From Escherichia coli (GTDB taxonomy: Bacteria; Pseudomonadota; Gammaproteobacteria; Enterobacterales; Enterobacteriaceae), in assembly GCF_050920415.1 (NCBI RefSeq), contig NZ_CP169309.1: 64,000 nt of DNA; one strand, given 5' to 3'. The notes under the pieces are model-generated. The model saw only the letters and a list, made by a program, of their open reading frames with translations, was not told the DNA's origin and made no database searches. This document shows positions 17,727 through 30,150 of the stretch, piece after piece (position 1 is the first letter of the stretch; each line of letters starts with the position of its first letter). The translations under genes and the position numbers were made by a program.

Positions 17727-18128
17727 ATGGCGAAAGAATTTGGTCGCCCGCAGCGCGTAGCGCAGGAAATGCAAAAAGAGATCGCTCTCATCCTGCAACG
17801 CGAAATTAAAGATCCTCGTCTGGGCATGATGACCACCGTTTCCGGTGTCGAAATGTCTCGTGACCTGGCGTATGCAAAAGTATATGTGACGTTCCTTAAC
17901 GACAAAGATGAAGACGCGGTTAAAGCGGGCATCAAAGCGTTGCAGGAAGCTTCTGGTTTCATCCGCAGCCTGCTGGGGAAAGCGATGCGCCTGCGTATCG
18001 TGCCGGAACTGACCTTCTTCTACGACAACTCTCTGGTTGAAGGGATGCGCATGTCAAACCTGGTGACCAGCGTGGTCAAACATGACGAAGAACGTCGTGT
18101 TAACCCGGACGACAGCAAGGAGGACTAA
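17727..18128 (+). CDS. rbfA: ribosome-binding factor A
   Basis: 133 aa from [33 protein letters not shown]. Confidence 0.95.
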
Positions 18129-19072
18129 TGAGTCGTCCTCGTCGTCGCGGTCGCGACATTAACGGCGTTTTGTTGCTGGATAAACCGCAGGGGATGTCCA
18201 GCAACGATGCGCTGCAAAAAGTGAAACGGATTTATAACGCCAACCGTGCCGGGCATACCGGTGCGCTGGACCCGCTGGCGACCGGCATGCTGCCGATTTG
18301 CCTCGGGGAAGCCACCAAGTTTTCCCAGTATCTGCTGGACTCTGACAAACGCTATCGGGTGATTGCGCGTCTTGGACAGCGTACCGATACTTCTGATGCC
18401 GACGGACAAATCGTTGAAGAACGTCCGGTAACCTTTAGTGCAGAGCAACTGGCGGCGGCACTGGATACTTTCCGTGGTGATATCGAACAGATCCCATCGA
18501 TGTATTCAGCACTGAAATACCAGGGCAAAAAACTGTACGAATATGCGCGTCAGGGAATTGAAGTCCCGCGTGAAGCACGCCCGATTACCGTTTATGAATT
18601 GCTGTTTATTCGCCACGAAGGCAATGAACTGGAGCTGGAAATTCACTGCTCAAAAGGCACCTATATCCGCACTATCATTGACGATCTCGGCGAAAAACTC
18701 GGCTGTGGCGCGCATGTTATTTACCTGCGTCGCCTGGCTGTAAGTAAATATCCGGTTGAACGGATGGTGACTCTGGAACATCTGCGTGAACTGGTTGAGC
18801 AAGCCGAGCAGCAGGATATTCCGGCAGCGAAGTTACTTGATCCATTACTGATGCCAATGGACAGTCCAGCTTCGGACTATCCGGTGGTGAATCTTCCGTT
18901 AACGTCTTCTGTTTACTTCAAAAATGGTAACCCGGTTCGTACATCCGGTGCGCCGCTGGAAGGACTGGTTCGCGTTACAGAAGGTGAGAATGGCAAGTTT
19001 ATCGGTATGGGCGAAATTGACGATGAAGGCCGCGTTGCGCCTCGTCGCCTGGTGGTTGAATACCCGGCGTAA
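18128..19072 (+). CDS. truB: tRNA pseudouridine(55) synthase
   Basis: 314-aa ORF with catalytic motif [12 protein letters not shown]; start overlaps rbfA stop. Confidence 0.95.
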   Translation: MSRPRRRGRDINGVLLLDKPQGMSSNDALQKVKRIYNANRAGHTGALDPLATGMLPICLGEATKFSQYLLDSDKRYRVIARLGQRTDTSDADGQIVEERPVTFSAEQLAAALDTFRGDIEQIPSMYSALKYQGKKLYEYARQGIEVPREARPITVYELLFIRHEGNELELEIHCSKGTYIRTIIDDLGEKLGCGAHVIYLRRLAVSKYPVERMVTLEHLRELVEQAEQQDIPAAKLLDPLLMPMDSPASDYPVVNLPLTSSVYFKNGNPVRTSGAPLEGLVRVTEGENGKFIGMGEIDDEGRVAPRRLVVEYPA

Positions 19073-19124
19073 TGTTAACCGTCTTGCGATAACAAGTCGC
19101 TACGAGTAGAATACTGCCGCTTAA

Positions 19125-19490
<366 letters not shown>

Positions 19491-19506
19491 TTCTTGCGAG
19501 TTTCAG

Positions 19507-19534
19507 AAAAGGGGCCTGAGTGGCCCCTTTTTTC
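19507..19534 (+). terminator. rpsO rho-independent terminator
   Basis: aaaaggggcctgagtggccccttttttc. Confidence 0.8.
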
Positions 19535-19735
19535 AAACTGACGGCAGCAATTCACTGGAAACTAATGTATTGTTGCTATGAATGATCTTCCGTTGCAGAG
19601 GTTCGCGCGGCTAATGAGAGGCTTTACCCACATTGGGCTGGGTTAGGGTTGTCATTAGTCGCGAGGATGCGCAGAAGATCGGGTATTAACACCAGTGCCG
19701 TAAGGTGCTGTCTAAGAAAGAGAAAGGATATTACA

Positions 19736-21871
19736 TTGCTTAATCCGATCGTTCGTAAATTCCAGTACGGCCAACACACCGTGACTCTGGAAACCGGCAT
19801 GATGGCTCGTCAGGCTACTGCCGCTGTTATGGTTAGCATGGATGACACCGCGGTATTCGTTACCGTTGTTGGTCAGAAAAAAGCCAAACCAGGTCAGGAC
19901 TTCTTCCCGCTGACCGTTAACTATCAGGAGCGTACCTACGCTGCTGGTCGTATCCCGGGTAGCTTCTTCCGTCGTGAAGGCCGCCCAAGCGAAGGTGAAA
20001 CGCTGATCGCGCGTCTGATTGACCGCCCTATTCGCCCGCTGTTCCCGGAAGGCTTCGTCAACGAAGTTCAGGTTATCGCCACCGTGGTTTCTGTTAACCC
20101 GCAGGTTAACCCGGATATCGTTGCGATGATTGGTGCTTCCGCAGCACTTTCTCTGTCTGGTATTCCGTTCAATGGTCCGATTGGTGCTGCCCGCGTAGGT
20201 TACATCAATGACCAGTACGTACTGAACCCGACTCAGGACGAGCTGAAAGAGAGCAAACTGGACCTGGTTGTTGCCGGTACAGAAGCTGCCGTGCTGATGG
20301 TTGAATCTGAAGCTGAACTGCTGAGCGAAGACCAGATGCTGGGCGCAGTGGTGTTCGGTCATGAACAACAGCAGGTTGTTATTCAGAACATCAATGAACT
20401 GGTGAAAGAAGCCGGTAAACCGCGTTGGGATTGGCAGCCGGAGCCGGTAAACGAAGCGCTGAACGCGCGCGTTGCTGCGCTGGCTGAAGCTCGTCTGAGC
20501 GATGCTTATCGCATCACCGACAAACAAGAGCGTTATGCGCAGGTTGATGTCATCAAATCTGAAACCATCGCGACGCTGCTTGCTGAAGACGAAACCCTGG
20601 ACGAAAACGAACTGGGTGAAATTCTGCACGCTATCGAGAAAAATGTTGTTCGTAGCCGCGTACTGGCAGGCGAACCGCGTATCGACGGTCGTGAAAAAGA
20701 TATGATCCGTGGTCTGGATGTGCGTACTGGCGTGCTGCCGCGTACTCACGGTTCTGCGTTGTTCACCCGTGGTGAAACGCAGGCACTGGTTACCGCAACG
20801 CTGGGTACTGCACGTGACGCACAGGTTCTTGATGAACTGATGGGCGAACGTACTGACACCTTCCTGTTCCACTACAACTTCCCTCCGTATTCCGTAGGTG
20901 AAACTGGCATGGTCGGTTCTCCGAAGCGTCGTGAAATTGGTCACGGTCGTCTGGCGAAGCGCGGCGTGCTGGCAGTAATGCCGGATATGGACAAATTCCC
21001 GTACACCGTACGTGTAGTGTCTGAAATTACCGAATCCAACGGTTCTTCTTCTATGGCTTCCGTGTGCGGTGCGTCTCTGGCGCTGATGGACGCAGGTGTG
21101 CCAATCAAAGCTGCTGTTGCGGGTATCGCAATGGGTCTGGTGAAAGAAGGCGACAACTACGTTGTACTGTCTGACATTTTGGGCGACGAAGATCACCTGG
21201 GCGATATGGACTTCAAAGTTGCGGGTTCCCGCGACGGTATCTCTGCACTGCAGATGGATATCAAAATTGAAGGTATCACCAAAGAGATCATGCAGGTTGC
21301 GCTGAATCAAGCTAAAGGTGCGCGTCTGCATATCCTGGGCGTCATGGAGCAGGCGATCAACGCGCCGCGTGGTGATATCTCTGAGTTTGCACCGCGTATC
21401 CATACCATCAAGATCAATCCGGACAAGATCAAAGACGTTATCGGTAAAGGCGGTTCTGTTATCCGTGCCCTGACCGAAGAAACTGGCACCACCATCGAAA
21501 TCGAAGATGACGGTACTGTGAAGATCGCAGCGACCGACGGCGAGAAAGCGAAACACGCTATTCGTCGTATCGAAGAAATCACCGCAGAAATCGAAGTGGG
21601 TCGCGTCTACAATGGTAAAGTGACCCGTATCGTTGACTTTGGCGCGTTTGTTGCCATCGGCGGCGGTAAAGAAGGTCTGGTCCACATCTCTCAAATCGCC
21701 GACAAGCGTGTTGAGAAAGTGACCGACTACCTGCAGATGGGTCAGGAAGTACCGGTGAAAGTTCTGGAAGTCGATCGCCAGGGCCGTATCCGTCTGAGCA
21801 TTAAAGAAGCGACTGAGCAGTCTCAACCTGCTGCAGCACCGGAAGCTCCGGCTGCTGAACAGGGCGAGTAA
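19736..21871 (+). CDS. pnp: polynucleotide phosphorylase
   Basis: 711 aa from a TTG start ([26 protein letters not shown]...); RNase PH, KH and S1 domains. Confidence 0.95.
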   Translation: MLNPIVRKFQYGQHTVTLETGMMARQATAAVMVSMDDTAVFVTVVGQKKAKPGQDFFPLTVNYQERTYAAGRIPGSFFRREGRPSEGETLIARLIDRPIRPLFPEGFVNEVQVIATVVSVNPQVNPDIVAMIGASAALSLSGIPFNGPIGAARVGYINDQYVLNPTQDELKESKLDLVVAGTEAAVLMVESEAELLSEDQMLGAVVFGHEQQQVVIQNINELVKEAGKPRWDWQPEPVNEALNARVAALAEARLSDAYRITDKQERYAQVDVIKSETIATLLAEDETLDENELGEILHAIEKNVVRSRVLAGEPRIDGREKDMIRGLDVRTGVLPRTHGSALFTRGETQALVTATLGTARDAQVLDELMGERTDTFLFHYNFPPYSVGETGMVGSPKRREIGHGRLAKRGVLAVMPDMDKFPYTVRVVSEITESNGSSSMASVCGASLALMDAGVPIKAAVAGIAMGLVKEGDNYVVLSDILGDEDHLGDMDFKVAGSRDGISALQMDIKIEGITKEIMQVALNQAKGARLHILGVMEQAINAPRGDISEFAPRIHTIKINPDKIKDVIGKGGSVIRALTEETGTTIEIEDDGTVKIAATDGEKAKHAIRRIEEITAEIEVGRVYNGKVTRIVDFGAFVAIGGGKEGLVHISQIADKRVEKVTDYLQMGQEVPVKVLEVDRQGRIRLSIKEATEQSQPAAAPEAPAAEQGE

Positions 21872-21882
21872 GGTTGCCATTT

Positions 21883-21907
21883 GCCCTCCGCTGCGGCGGG
21901 GGGCTTT
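21883..21907 (+). terminator. terminator after pnp
   Basis: gccctccgctgcggcgggggggctttt. Confidence 0.6.
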
Positions 21908-21979
21908 TAACCGGGCAGGACGCCTTGTTAGCAACCGGGAACAGGACGTTCATTCAACCGTGGTCTTCGGGAGTGGGAA

Positions 21980-22864
21980 ATGAAGCCTTTTTTGCGCTGG
22001 TGTTTCGTTGCGACAGCACTTACGCTTGCAGGATGCAGTAATACTTCCTGGCGTAAAAGTGAAGTCCTCGCGGTACCATTGCAACCGACTTTGCAGCAGG
22101 AAGTGATTCTGGCACGTATGGAACAAATCCTTGCCAGTCGGGCTTTAACCGATGACGAACGCGCACAGCTTTTATATGAGCGCGGAGTGTTGTATGATAG
22201 TCTCGGTCTGAGGGCATTAGCGCGTAACGATTTTTCGCAAGCGCTGGCAATCCGACCGGATATGCCTGAAGTATTCAATTACTTAGGCATATATTTAACG
22301 CAGGCAGGCAATTTTGATGCTGCCTATGAAGCGTTTGATTCTGTACTTGAGCTTGATCCAACTTACAACTACGCGCACTTGAATCGCGGGATCGCATTAT
22401 ATTACGGCGGTCGTGACAAGTTAGCGCAAGATGATCTGCTGGCGTTTTATCAAGACGATCCCAATGATCCTTTCCGTAGTCTGTGGCTTTATCTCGCCGA
22501 GCAGAAGCTCGATGAGAAGCAGGCTAAAGAAGTGTTAAAACAGCACTTCGAAAAATCGGATAAGGAGCAGTGGGGATGGAACATTGTCGAGTTCTACCTG
22601 GGCAACATTAGCGAACAAACGTTAATGGAAAGGCTCAAGGCGGACGCAACGGATAACACCTCGCTCGCTGAGCATCTCAGTGAAACCAACTTCTATTTAG
22701 GTAAGTACTACCTAAGTCTGGGGGATTTGGACAGCGCCACGGCACTGTTCAAACTGGCGGTTGCCAACAACGTTCATAACTTTGTTGAGCACCGATACGC
22801 ATTGTTGGAATTATCGCTCCTGGGCCAGGACCAAGATGACCTGGCAGAATCGGACCAGCAATAG
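21980..22864 (+). CDS. nlpI: TPR-repeat lipoprotein NlpI
   Basis: 294-aa ORF with lipobox LTLAGC near the N-terminus. Confidence 0.95.
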
Positions 22865-23043
22865 CTGACGTACACATCAGCCCGTAATCTTTTTTGATTG
22901 CCATCACCTTAACGGGTGAGGGCGTTGTTGTTCGTTAATACACCTACTTTGAGCCGGTTCACACTTTTCAATGAAAATTGCTGATCAATTTCATGATGAG
23001 TTATGTAGACTGGCCGCCATTAATTTTGAGGCACACGTACTAC

Positions 23044-24933
23044 ATGGCTGAATTCGAAACCACTTTTGCAGATCTGGGCCTGAAGGCTCCTATCCTTGAA
23101 GCCCTTAACGATCTGGGTTACGAAAAACCATCTCCAATTCAGGCAGAGTGTATTCCACATCTGCTGAATGGCCGCGACGTTCTGGGTATGGCCCAGACGG
23201 GGAGCGGAAAAACTGCAGCATTCTCTTTACCTCTGCTGCAAAATCTTGATCCTGAGCTGAAAGCACCACAGATTCTGGTGCTGGCACCGACCCGCGAACT
23301 GGCGGTACAGGTTGCTGAGGCAATGACGGATTTCTCTAAACACATGCGCGGCGTAAACGTGGTTGCCCTGTACGGCGGCCAGCGTTATGACGTGCAATTA
23401 CGCGCCCTGCGTCAGGGGCCGCAGATCGTTGTCGGTACTCCTGGCCGTCTGCTGGATCACCTGAAACGTGGCACTCTGGACCTCTCTAAACTGAGCGGTC
23501 TGGTTCTGGATGAAGCTGACGAAATGCTGCGCATGGGCTTCATCGAAGACGTTGAAACCATTATGGCGCAGATCCCGGAAGGTCATCAGACCGCTCTGTT
23601 CTCTGCAACTATGCCGGAAGCGATTCGTCGCATTACCCGCCGCTTTATGAAAGAGCCGCAGGAAGTACGCATTCAGTCCAGCGTGACTACCCGTCCTGAC
23701 ATCAGCCAGAGCTACTGGACTGTGTGGGGGATGCGTAAAAACGAAGCGCTGGTACGTTTCCTGGAAGCGGAAGATTTTGATGCGGCGATTATCTTCGTTC
23801 GTACTAAAAACGCGACTTTGGAAGTGGCAGAAGCTCTTGAGCGTAACGGCTACAACAGCGCTGCACTGAACGGTGACATGAACCAGGCGCTGCGTGAGCA
23901 GACTCTGGAACGCCTGAAAGATGGTCGTCTGGATATCCTGATTGCGACCGACGTTGCGGCCCGTGGCCTGGACGTTGAGCGTATCAGCCTGGTAGTTAAC
24001 TACGATATCCCGATGGATTCTGAGTCTTACGTTCACCGTATTGGTCGTACCGGCCGTGCGGGGCGTGCTGGTCGCGCACTGCTGTTCGTTGAGAACCGCG
24101 AGCGTCGTCTGCTGCGCAACATTGAACGCACTATGAAGCTGACCATTCCGGAAGTAGAACTGCCGAACGCAGAGCTGCTGGGCAAACGCCGTCTGGAAAA
24201 ATTCGCCGCTAAAGTACAGCAGCAGCTGGAAAGCAGCGATCTGGATCAATACCGTGCACTGCTGAGCAAAATTCAGCCGACTGCAGAAGGTGAAGAGCTG
24301 GATCTCGAAACTCTGGCAGCCGCACTGCTGAAAATGGCACAGGGTGAACGTACTCTGATCGTGCCGCCAGATGCGCCGATGCGTCCGAAACGTGAATTCC
24401 GTGACCGTGATGACCGTGGTCCGCGCGATCGTAACGACCGTGGCCCGCGTGGCGGCCGTGAAGATCGTCCGCGTCGTGAACGTCGTGATGTTGGCGATAT
24501 GCAGCTGTACCGTATTGAAGTGGGCCGCGATGATGGTGTTGAAGTTCGTCATATCGTTGGCGCGATTGCTAACGAAGGCGACATCAGCAGCCGTTACATC
24601 GGTAACATCAAGCTGTTTGCTTCTCACTCCACCATCGAACTGCCGAAAGGTATGCCGGGTGAAGTGCTGCAACACTTTACGCGTACTCGCATTCTCAACA
24701 AGCCGATGAACATGCAGCTGCTGGGCGATGCACAGCCGCATACTGGTGGTGAGCGTCGTGGTGGTGGTCGTGGTTTCGGTGGCGAACGTCGTGAAGGCGG
24801 TCGTAACTTCAGCGGTGAGCGCCGTGAAGGTGGTCGTGGTGATGGTCGTCGTTTCAGCGGCGAACGTCGTGAAGGCCGCGCGCCGCGTCGTGATGACTCT
24901 ACTGGTCGTCGTCGTTTCGGTGGTGATGCGTAA
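23044..24933 (+). CDS. deaD: cold-shock DEAD-box RNA helicase DeaD (CsdA)
   Basis: 629 aa from [21 protein letters not shown]; motifs [25 protein letters not shown]; RG/RGG-rich C-terminal tail. Confidence 0.95.
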
Positions 24934-24972
24934 TTCGCTGACCCGCAGAACTCTGCCGTAAAGTAAAATATA

Positions 24973-25004
24973 CAGCCCCGATTTTAACAATCGGGGCTTT
25001 TTTT
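24973..25004 (+). terminator. deaD rho-independent terminator
   Basis: cagccccgattttaacaatcggggcttttttt. Confidence 0.8.
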
Positions 25005-25013
25005 CTGTCTTTT

Positions 25014-25033
25014 GTACTCGTGTACTGGTACAG
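25014..25033 (+). promoter_or_regulatory. candidate TrpR operator in mtr promoter
   Basis: GTACTCGTGTACTGGTACAG resembles the trp operator GTACTAGTTAACTAGTAC; mtr is a known TrpR/TyrR target. Confidence 0.5.
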
Positions 25034-25084
25034 TGCAATGCATAACAACGCAGTCGCACTATTTTTCACTGGAGAGAAGCCCTC

Positions 25085-26329
25085 ATGGCAACACTAACCA
25101 CCACCCAAACGTCACCGTCGCTGCTTGGCGGCGTGGTGATTATCGGCGGCACCATTATTGGCGCAGGGATGTTTTCTCTGCCTGTGGTCATGTCCGGGGC
25201 GTGGTTCTTCTGGTCAATGGCGGCGCTGATCTTTACCTGGTTCTGTATGCTGCATTCCGGCTTGATGATTCTGGAAGCTAACCTGAATTATCGAATCGGT
25301 TCGAGTTTTGACACCATAACCAAAGATTTGCTAGGCAAAGGCTGGAACGTGGTCAACGGCATTTCCATTGCCTTTGTGCTCTACATCCTGACTTACGCCT
25401 ATATTTCTGCCAGCGGTTCGATTCTGCATCACACCTTCGCGGAGATGTCGCTGAATGTTCCGGCACGAGCTGCAGGTTTTGGTTTTGCGCTACTGGTGGC
25501 GTTTGTGGTGTGGTTGAGCACCAAAGCCGTCAGCCGGATGACGGCGATTGTGCTGGGGGCGAAAGTTATTACCTTCTTCCTCACTTTCGGCAGTTTGCTG
25601 GGGCATGTGCAGCCTGCGACATTGTTTAACGTCGCGGAAAGCAATGCGTCTTATGCACCGTATCTGTTGATGACCCTGCCGTTCTGTCTGGCCTCATTTG
25701 GTTATCACGGTAACGTGCCGAGCCTGATGAAGTATTATGGCAAAGATCCGAAAACTATCGTGAAATGCCTGGTCTACGGTACGCTGATGGCGCTGGCGCT
25801 GTATACCATCTGGTTGCTGGCGACGATGGGCAACATCCCTCGTCCGGAGTTTATCGGCATCGCCGAGAAGGGCGGTAATATTGATGTGCTGGTACAGGCG
25901 TTAAGCGGCGTGCTGAACAGTCGTAGTCTGGATCTGCTACTGGTCGTGTTCTCAAACTTTGCGGTAGCGAGTTCGTTCCTCGGCGTAACGCTGGGTTTGT
26001 TTGACTATCTGGCAGATCTGTTTGGTTTTGACGACTCTGCCCTGGGCCGCTTTAAAACGGCGTTGCTGACCTTTGCACCGCCTGTCGTGGGTGGCCTGCT
26101 GTTCCCGAACGGATTCCTGTACGCTATTGGTTATGCTGGCTTAGCGGCTACCATCTGGGCGGCAATTGTTCCGGCGCTGTTGGCCCGCGCATCGCGTAAA
26201 CGCTTTGGCAGCCCGAAATTCCGTGTCTGGGGCGGCAAGCCGATGATTGCACTGATTCTGGTGTTTGGCGTTGGCAACGCACTGGTGCATATTTTATCGA
26301 GCTTTAATTTGCTGCCGGTGTATCAGTAA
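25085..26329 (+). CDS. mtr: tryptophan-specific permease Mtr
   Basis: 414-aa polytopic membrane [36 protein letters not shown]... Confidence 0.93.
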   Translation: MATLTTTQTSPSLLGGVVIIGGTIIGAGMFSLPVVMSGAWFFWSMAALIFTWFCMLHSGLMILEANLNYRIGSSFDTITKDLLGKGWNVVNGISIAFVLYILTYAYISASGSILHHTFAEMSLNVPARAAGFGFALLVAFVVWLSTKAVSRMTAIVLGAKVITFFLTFGSLLGHVQPATLFNVAESNASYAPYLLMTLPFCLASFGYHGNVPSLMKYYGKDPKTIVKCLVYGTLMALALYTIWLLATMGNIPRPEFIGIAEKGGNIDVLVQALSGVLNSRSLDLLLVVFSNFAVASSFLGVTLGLFDYLADLFGFDDSALGRFKTALLTFAPPVVGGLLFPNGFLYAIGYAGLAATIWAAIVPALLARASRKRFGSPKFRVWGGKPMIALILVFGVGNALVHILSSFNLLPVYQ

Positions 26330-26332
26330 TCA

Positions 26333-26436
26333 GCGGTGCCTTATCCGACATTTCTGCTGCCTACACAATGCCTGATGTGCTTCGCTTATCAGGCCTAGGT
26401 AGGACAGCGTTGCCAGCTCGGATAAGGCTTCCCACG
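26333..26436. repeat. REP elements
   Basis: gcctgatgtgcttcgcttatcaggcctag and ggataagg palindromic units. Confidence 0.75.
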
Positions 26437-26446
26437 TTAAAACACA

Positions 26447-27454
26447 CTATCCCAGTAACTCTTCCTTAACATCCATCGCCAGCTCAAACGAATGCAGGCG
26501 CGCCTGGTGATCGAAAATCTGCCCGTTAACCATAATCTCATCCGCGTCGGTTTCGCGCAGGATCGACTGCAAACCATGACGCACTTTCGCTTTATCACCC
26601 ACCAGCGACATATTCAGCGCCTGCTGCACGCCATACTGCTCAGACGGTGACCAGAACTGATCCATATTTTGAATCGGTGGCGGCAGTTGCCCGGTTTCAC
26701 CGCGGCGCAGCTTCACAAAGGCTTGCTGCATTGAGGTAAACAGAAATTCAGCGTCGCGGTTGCTGTCGGCGGCGATAATATTGATGCACACCATCGCGTA
26801 CGGTTTCTCCAGCCGCGCTGACGGTTTGAAGTTACTGCGATAAAGATGCAGCGCCTGGAACAGCATATCCGGTGCGAAGTGTGAGGCAAACGCGAACGGC
26901 AGACCAAGCTGCGCCGCCAGTTGTGCACTGTAAAGACTGGAGCCTAATAACCACACGGGGATTTTCTCGCCATAGCCCGGTACAGGGCGCACATGCGGAT
27001 TGGGATCACGGGCGTCAAACCAGTCCACCAGCTCCGCGACATCGCGGGGGAAATTATCAATATCGCCGCTCATATGGCGACGTAGTGCCATCATTGTCCG
27101 TTGGTCACTACCTGGCGCACGACCCAGCCCCAAATCGATTCGCCCCGGATAGAGCGTATTGAGCGTACCGAACTGTTCGGCAATCACCAACGGTGAGTGG
27201 TTTGGTAACATCACGCCGCCAGACCCCAGATGCAGCGTGGTGGTATTTGCCGCCAGATAGCCAATCAATACTGATGTTGCAGCACTGGCAATGCCAGTCA
27301 TATTGTGGTGTTCCGCCAGCCAGTAGCGATGATAGCCGCGCTTTTCAGCCAGACGGGCGAGGTCGAGAGAGTGGGAGAACGCTTCTCGCGCTGAAGAACC
27401 TTCGGGGATGGGGGCCAGATCGAGTAGCGAAAACGCAATGGTTTTATCAGTCAT
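26447..27454 (-). CDS. yhbW: luciferase-like flavin-dependent monooxygenase family protein YhbW
   Basis: 335-aa [53 protein letters not shown]... Confidence 0.85.
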   Translation of the reverse strand: MTDKTIAFSLLDLAPIPEGSSAREAFSHSLDLARLAEKRGYHRYWLAEHHNMTGIASAATSVLIGYLAANTTTLHLGSGGVMLPNHSPLVIAEQFGTLNTLYPGRIDLGLGRAPGSDQRTMMALRRHMSGDIDNFPRDVAELVDWFDARDPNPHVRPVPGYGEKIPVWLLGSSLYSAQLAAQLGLPFAFASHFAPDMLFQALHLYRSNFKPSARLEKPYAMVCINIIAADSNRDAEFLFTSMQQAFVKLRRGETGQLPPPIQNMDQFWSPSEQYGVQQALNMSLVGDKAKVRHGLQSILRETDADEIMVNGQIFDHQARLHSFELAMDVKEELLG

Positions 27455-27534
27455 AACAGCTCACTTTGTTACCGATTAATCTTTAATACTGCATTAAAGG
27501 GTAGTTAAAGTTGTTAACAAAGTGAGCTATTTGC

Positions 27535-28413
27535 TTAGGCTTGCAGTTCCAGCCCAGCCAGCCGTCTCCAGTAGCCATTACAGTCGCTGTTTGCCGTCAA
27601 CGGGAGTGGTGCAGCGCCATTTTCATTAGCGCGGAAGGCGTCGAGCATCGCGAAAGTGTCAGTACCCTGCGGTGACAGGCGGACCACATCAACCAGCCCC
27701 TGCATGGATGCCAGCTCGTTACCGAGGTTGTACACGTAGCCGCTCATGGTCTGAATGCCATTGAGCACAAACACTTGTTGGTTTTCCTGCGACAGCACGT
27801 TGCGCCCGTTCGGATACTTAATGCAGCAGGTTTCACACTCATCTTTTGGGCGGTCTTCCGAACGCGCGGTAAAGCAGCGGGCGGAGTAGGCCAGCGGCAG
27901 ATGACCGTAGCTCAAGACTTCCACTTCAAACTGGTTGCGAATGCCCAGCTCATCGCACTGATTAAGCAGATTCACCAGCCAGTCGCGGGAAAGTTCCACC
28001 GGCATACACCAGCGCATCATTCCCTGTTTGAGCAATATTTTCAGCGTCACCGCGTTGTAGCAGTTCAGAGCGTGTCCGGCGACGAACGGCAGTTTGCGCT
28101 CAGCGCACATATTCACCACGCCGAGATCGCTGGCTTCAATCAGAAACTCACCGTTCTCAACATAGCGTTTCAGTTCGCCCAGTTCGGAGGATGCCTGCAC
28201 CAGCGCCAGCGTGGAGAGCACAATCTGCTTGCCACTTCCGGCGAGCGATTTTGCCATCTCCAGCCAGTCGCCAACTTTGGTTGCCCGGCGTTTGCTACAG
28301 ACCGCTTCACCGAGATAAATCACGTCTGCGCTGCTGGCGGCGGCCTGCTGATAAAAATCTTCCAGCGTCTCTTTTGGCCAGTACCACAGCACCGGCCCTA
28401 AGGAATATTTCAT
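27535..28413 (-). CDS. ubiV: U32-family protein UbiV (YhbV), O2-independent ubiquinone biosynthesis
   Basis: 292 aa from MKYSLGPVLWYWPKE; conserved cysteines (CxxxxxC...CC). Confidence 0.85.
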   Translation of the reverse strand: MKYSLGPVLWYWPKETLEDFYQQAAASSADVIYLGEAVCSKRRATKVGDWLEMAKSLAGSGKQIVLSTLALVQASSELGELKRYVENGEFLIEASDLGVVNMCAERKLPFVAGHALNCYNAVTLKILLKQGMMRWCMPVELSRDWLVNLLNQCDELGIRNQFEVEVLSYGHLPLAYSARCFTARSEDRPKDECETCCIKYPNGRNVLSQENQQVFVLNGIQTMSGYVYNLGNELASMQGLVDVVRLSPQGTDTFAMLDAFRANENGAAPLPLTANSDCNGYWRRLAGLELQA

Positions 28414-28421
28414 TACTTTTC

Positions 28422-29417
28422 TCACTGCCATTTACGGTGATACGCGCCAAGAGTGGTTTGTGTGCCTTCGGACATCGACCCGAGCGTCTCCATCCACGCG
28501 CTTTGCGGCACGAAGTTTTGCGGATCGGCCTTACAACGGTCGATAGCCTGACGCCAGACTTTCGCTACCTGGCTGACATACGCAGGGCTACGCTGGCGGC
28601 CTTCAATTTTCACCGAAGCGATATTCGCCGCCATTAACTCCGGCAGTAGCTCAAGGGTATTGAGACTGGTTGGTTCTTCCAGCGCATGATAGCGCTCGCC
28701 GTCCACCAGATAACGCCCTTTACACAGCGTCGGATAACCTGCGTTTTCGCCGTCCTGATAACGGTCGATCAGCACTTCGTTCAGGCGGGATTCCAGCCCC
28801 TGCGGCGTTTGCTGCCAGCGCACGAAACGGGCCGGAGAACATGCCCCCACGGTGTTGGGCGACTCACCCGTCAGATACGACGACAGATAGCAACGACCTT
28901 CCGACATAATGCACAGACTGCCGAAAGCGAACACTTCCAGCGGTACAGGCGTGACCCGCGCCAGTTGTTTCACCTGATGAATCGATAACACGCGCGGCAG
29001 CACCACGCGGGCAACGTCAAAATGGCGATGATAAAAGTGAATCGCCTCTTCATTGGTCGCCGAAGCCTGCACTGACACATGACGCTCAATATGCGGGTAT
29101 CGCTGGGCGGCGTACTCCAGCATGGCGAGGTCGGCGAGGATCAGCGCGTCGGCACCCAGCTGCGCCGCCATATCCACGGCGCGCTGCCAGCGGGCGTAAC
29201 CGTCCGGATGCGCAAAAGTGTTAATCGCGATGTGAAGTTTGCGGCGATGTTGATGGACAAAACTCACCGCTTCCTGCAATTTTTTCTCGGTAAAGTTAAG
29301 GCCGGCGAAGTGACGGGCATTGGTATCATCTTTTAGCCCGATATAAACAGCATCTGCGCCGTTTTCGATGGCCGCCTTAAGCGCCGGGAGATTTCCGGCA
29401 GGGCAGAGCAGCTCCAT
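28422..29417 (-). CDS. ubiU: U32-family protein UbiU (YhbU)
   Basis: 331 aa from MELLCPAGNLPALKAAIENGADAVYIG. Confidence 0.85.
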   Translation of the reverse strand: MELLCPAGNLPALKAAIENGADAVYIGLKDDTNARHFAGLNFTEKKLQEAVSFVHQHRRKLHIAINTFAHPDGYARWQRAVDMAAQLGADALILADLAMLEYAAQRYPHIERHVSVQASATNEEAIHFYHRHFDVARVVLPRVLSIHQVKQLARVTPVPLEVFAFGSLCIMSEGRCYLSSYLTGESPNTVGACSPARFVRWQQTPQGLESRLNEVLIDRYQDGENAGYPTLCKGRYLVDGERYHALEEPTSLNTLELLPELMAANIASVKIEGRQRSPAYVSQVAKVWRQAIDRCKADPQNFVPQSAWMETLGSMSEGTQTTLGAYHRKWQ

Positions 29418-29625
29418 AATTTTTCCTGAAGGGTGCGCTATCAAAACGCAAAAATGTTAACGAACTGGGATTTTAGTTAACCTTGCAGCGACAATTTTTG
29501 ATTTAAGGCAGTTAAAGTTGTATTGGTGGTAGCAGCAATTTCATATGGAATTGTTGATTTATACCGCTATGTTATTTTTCTGATATGGCAAAATAGGATG
29601 ATTGTTGAAACAGGGAGTAAAACTC

Positions 29626-30150
29626 GTGTTGGATAAACTGCGTTCCCGTATTGTGCATTTGGGGCCATCTCTGTTGAGTGTACCGGTAAAACTGACGCCA
29701 TTTGCGCTAAAACGCCAGGTTCTTGAGCAGGTCTTAAGCTGGCAATTCCGCCAGGCGCTGGATGATGGCGAGCTGGAGTTTCTTGAAGGCCGCTGGTTAA
29801 GTATTCATGTGCGTGATATTGACCTGCAATGGTTTACCTCGGTGGTGAATGGCAAACTGGTCGTTAGCCAGAACGCGCAAGCTGATGTGAGTTTTAGTGC
29901 CGACGCCAGCGATCTTCTGATGATTGCGGCGCGTAAACAAGATCCGGACACGCTCTTCTTCCAACGTCGGCTGGTGATTGAAGGCGATACGGAGCTGGGG
30001 TTATATGTGAAAAACCTGATGGACGCCATTGAATTGGAGCAAATGCCGAAAGCCTTACGCATGATGCTGCTGCAACTGGCGGATTTTGTTGAGGCGGGAA
30101 TGAAAACCGCGCCTGAAACCAAACAGACATCGGTAGGTGAACCATGCTAA
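29626..30150 (+). CDS. ubiT: SCP2-domain lipid-binding protein UbiT (YhbT)
   Basis: 174 aa from a GTG start (MLDKLRSRIVHLGPSLLSVP...), divergent from ubiUV. Confidence 0.8.
   Translation: MLDKLRSRIVHLGPSLLSVPVKLTPFALKRQVLEQVLSWQFRQALDDGELEFLEGRWLSIHVRDIDLQWFTSVVNGKLVVSQNAQADVSFSADASDLLMIAARKQDPDTLFFQRRLVIEGDTELGLYVKNLMDAIELEQMPKALRMMLLQLADFVEAGMKTAPETKQTSVGEPC

Noticed and set aside
19712-21934. 740-aa ORF on the minus strand exactly antisense to pnp; similar long antisense ORFs opposite ftsH (2073-3560), nusA (13131-15011), infB (15066-16952), deaD (23398-25059), argG (11058-12296) and yraQ (33036-33995)
   Set aside because: Each lies entirely within a highly expressed, recognisable gene on the other strand; the translations are low complexity with no motifs; this is the usual shadow-ORF effect of codon bias.
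24728-24961. 77-aa poly-valine ORF (VVVVVV...)
   Set aside because: Alternative-frame reading of the GGT/CGT-rich deaD repeat region; low-complexity artefact.
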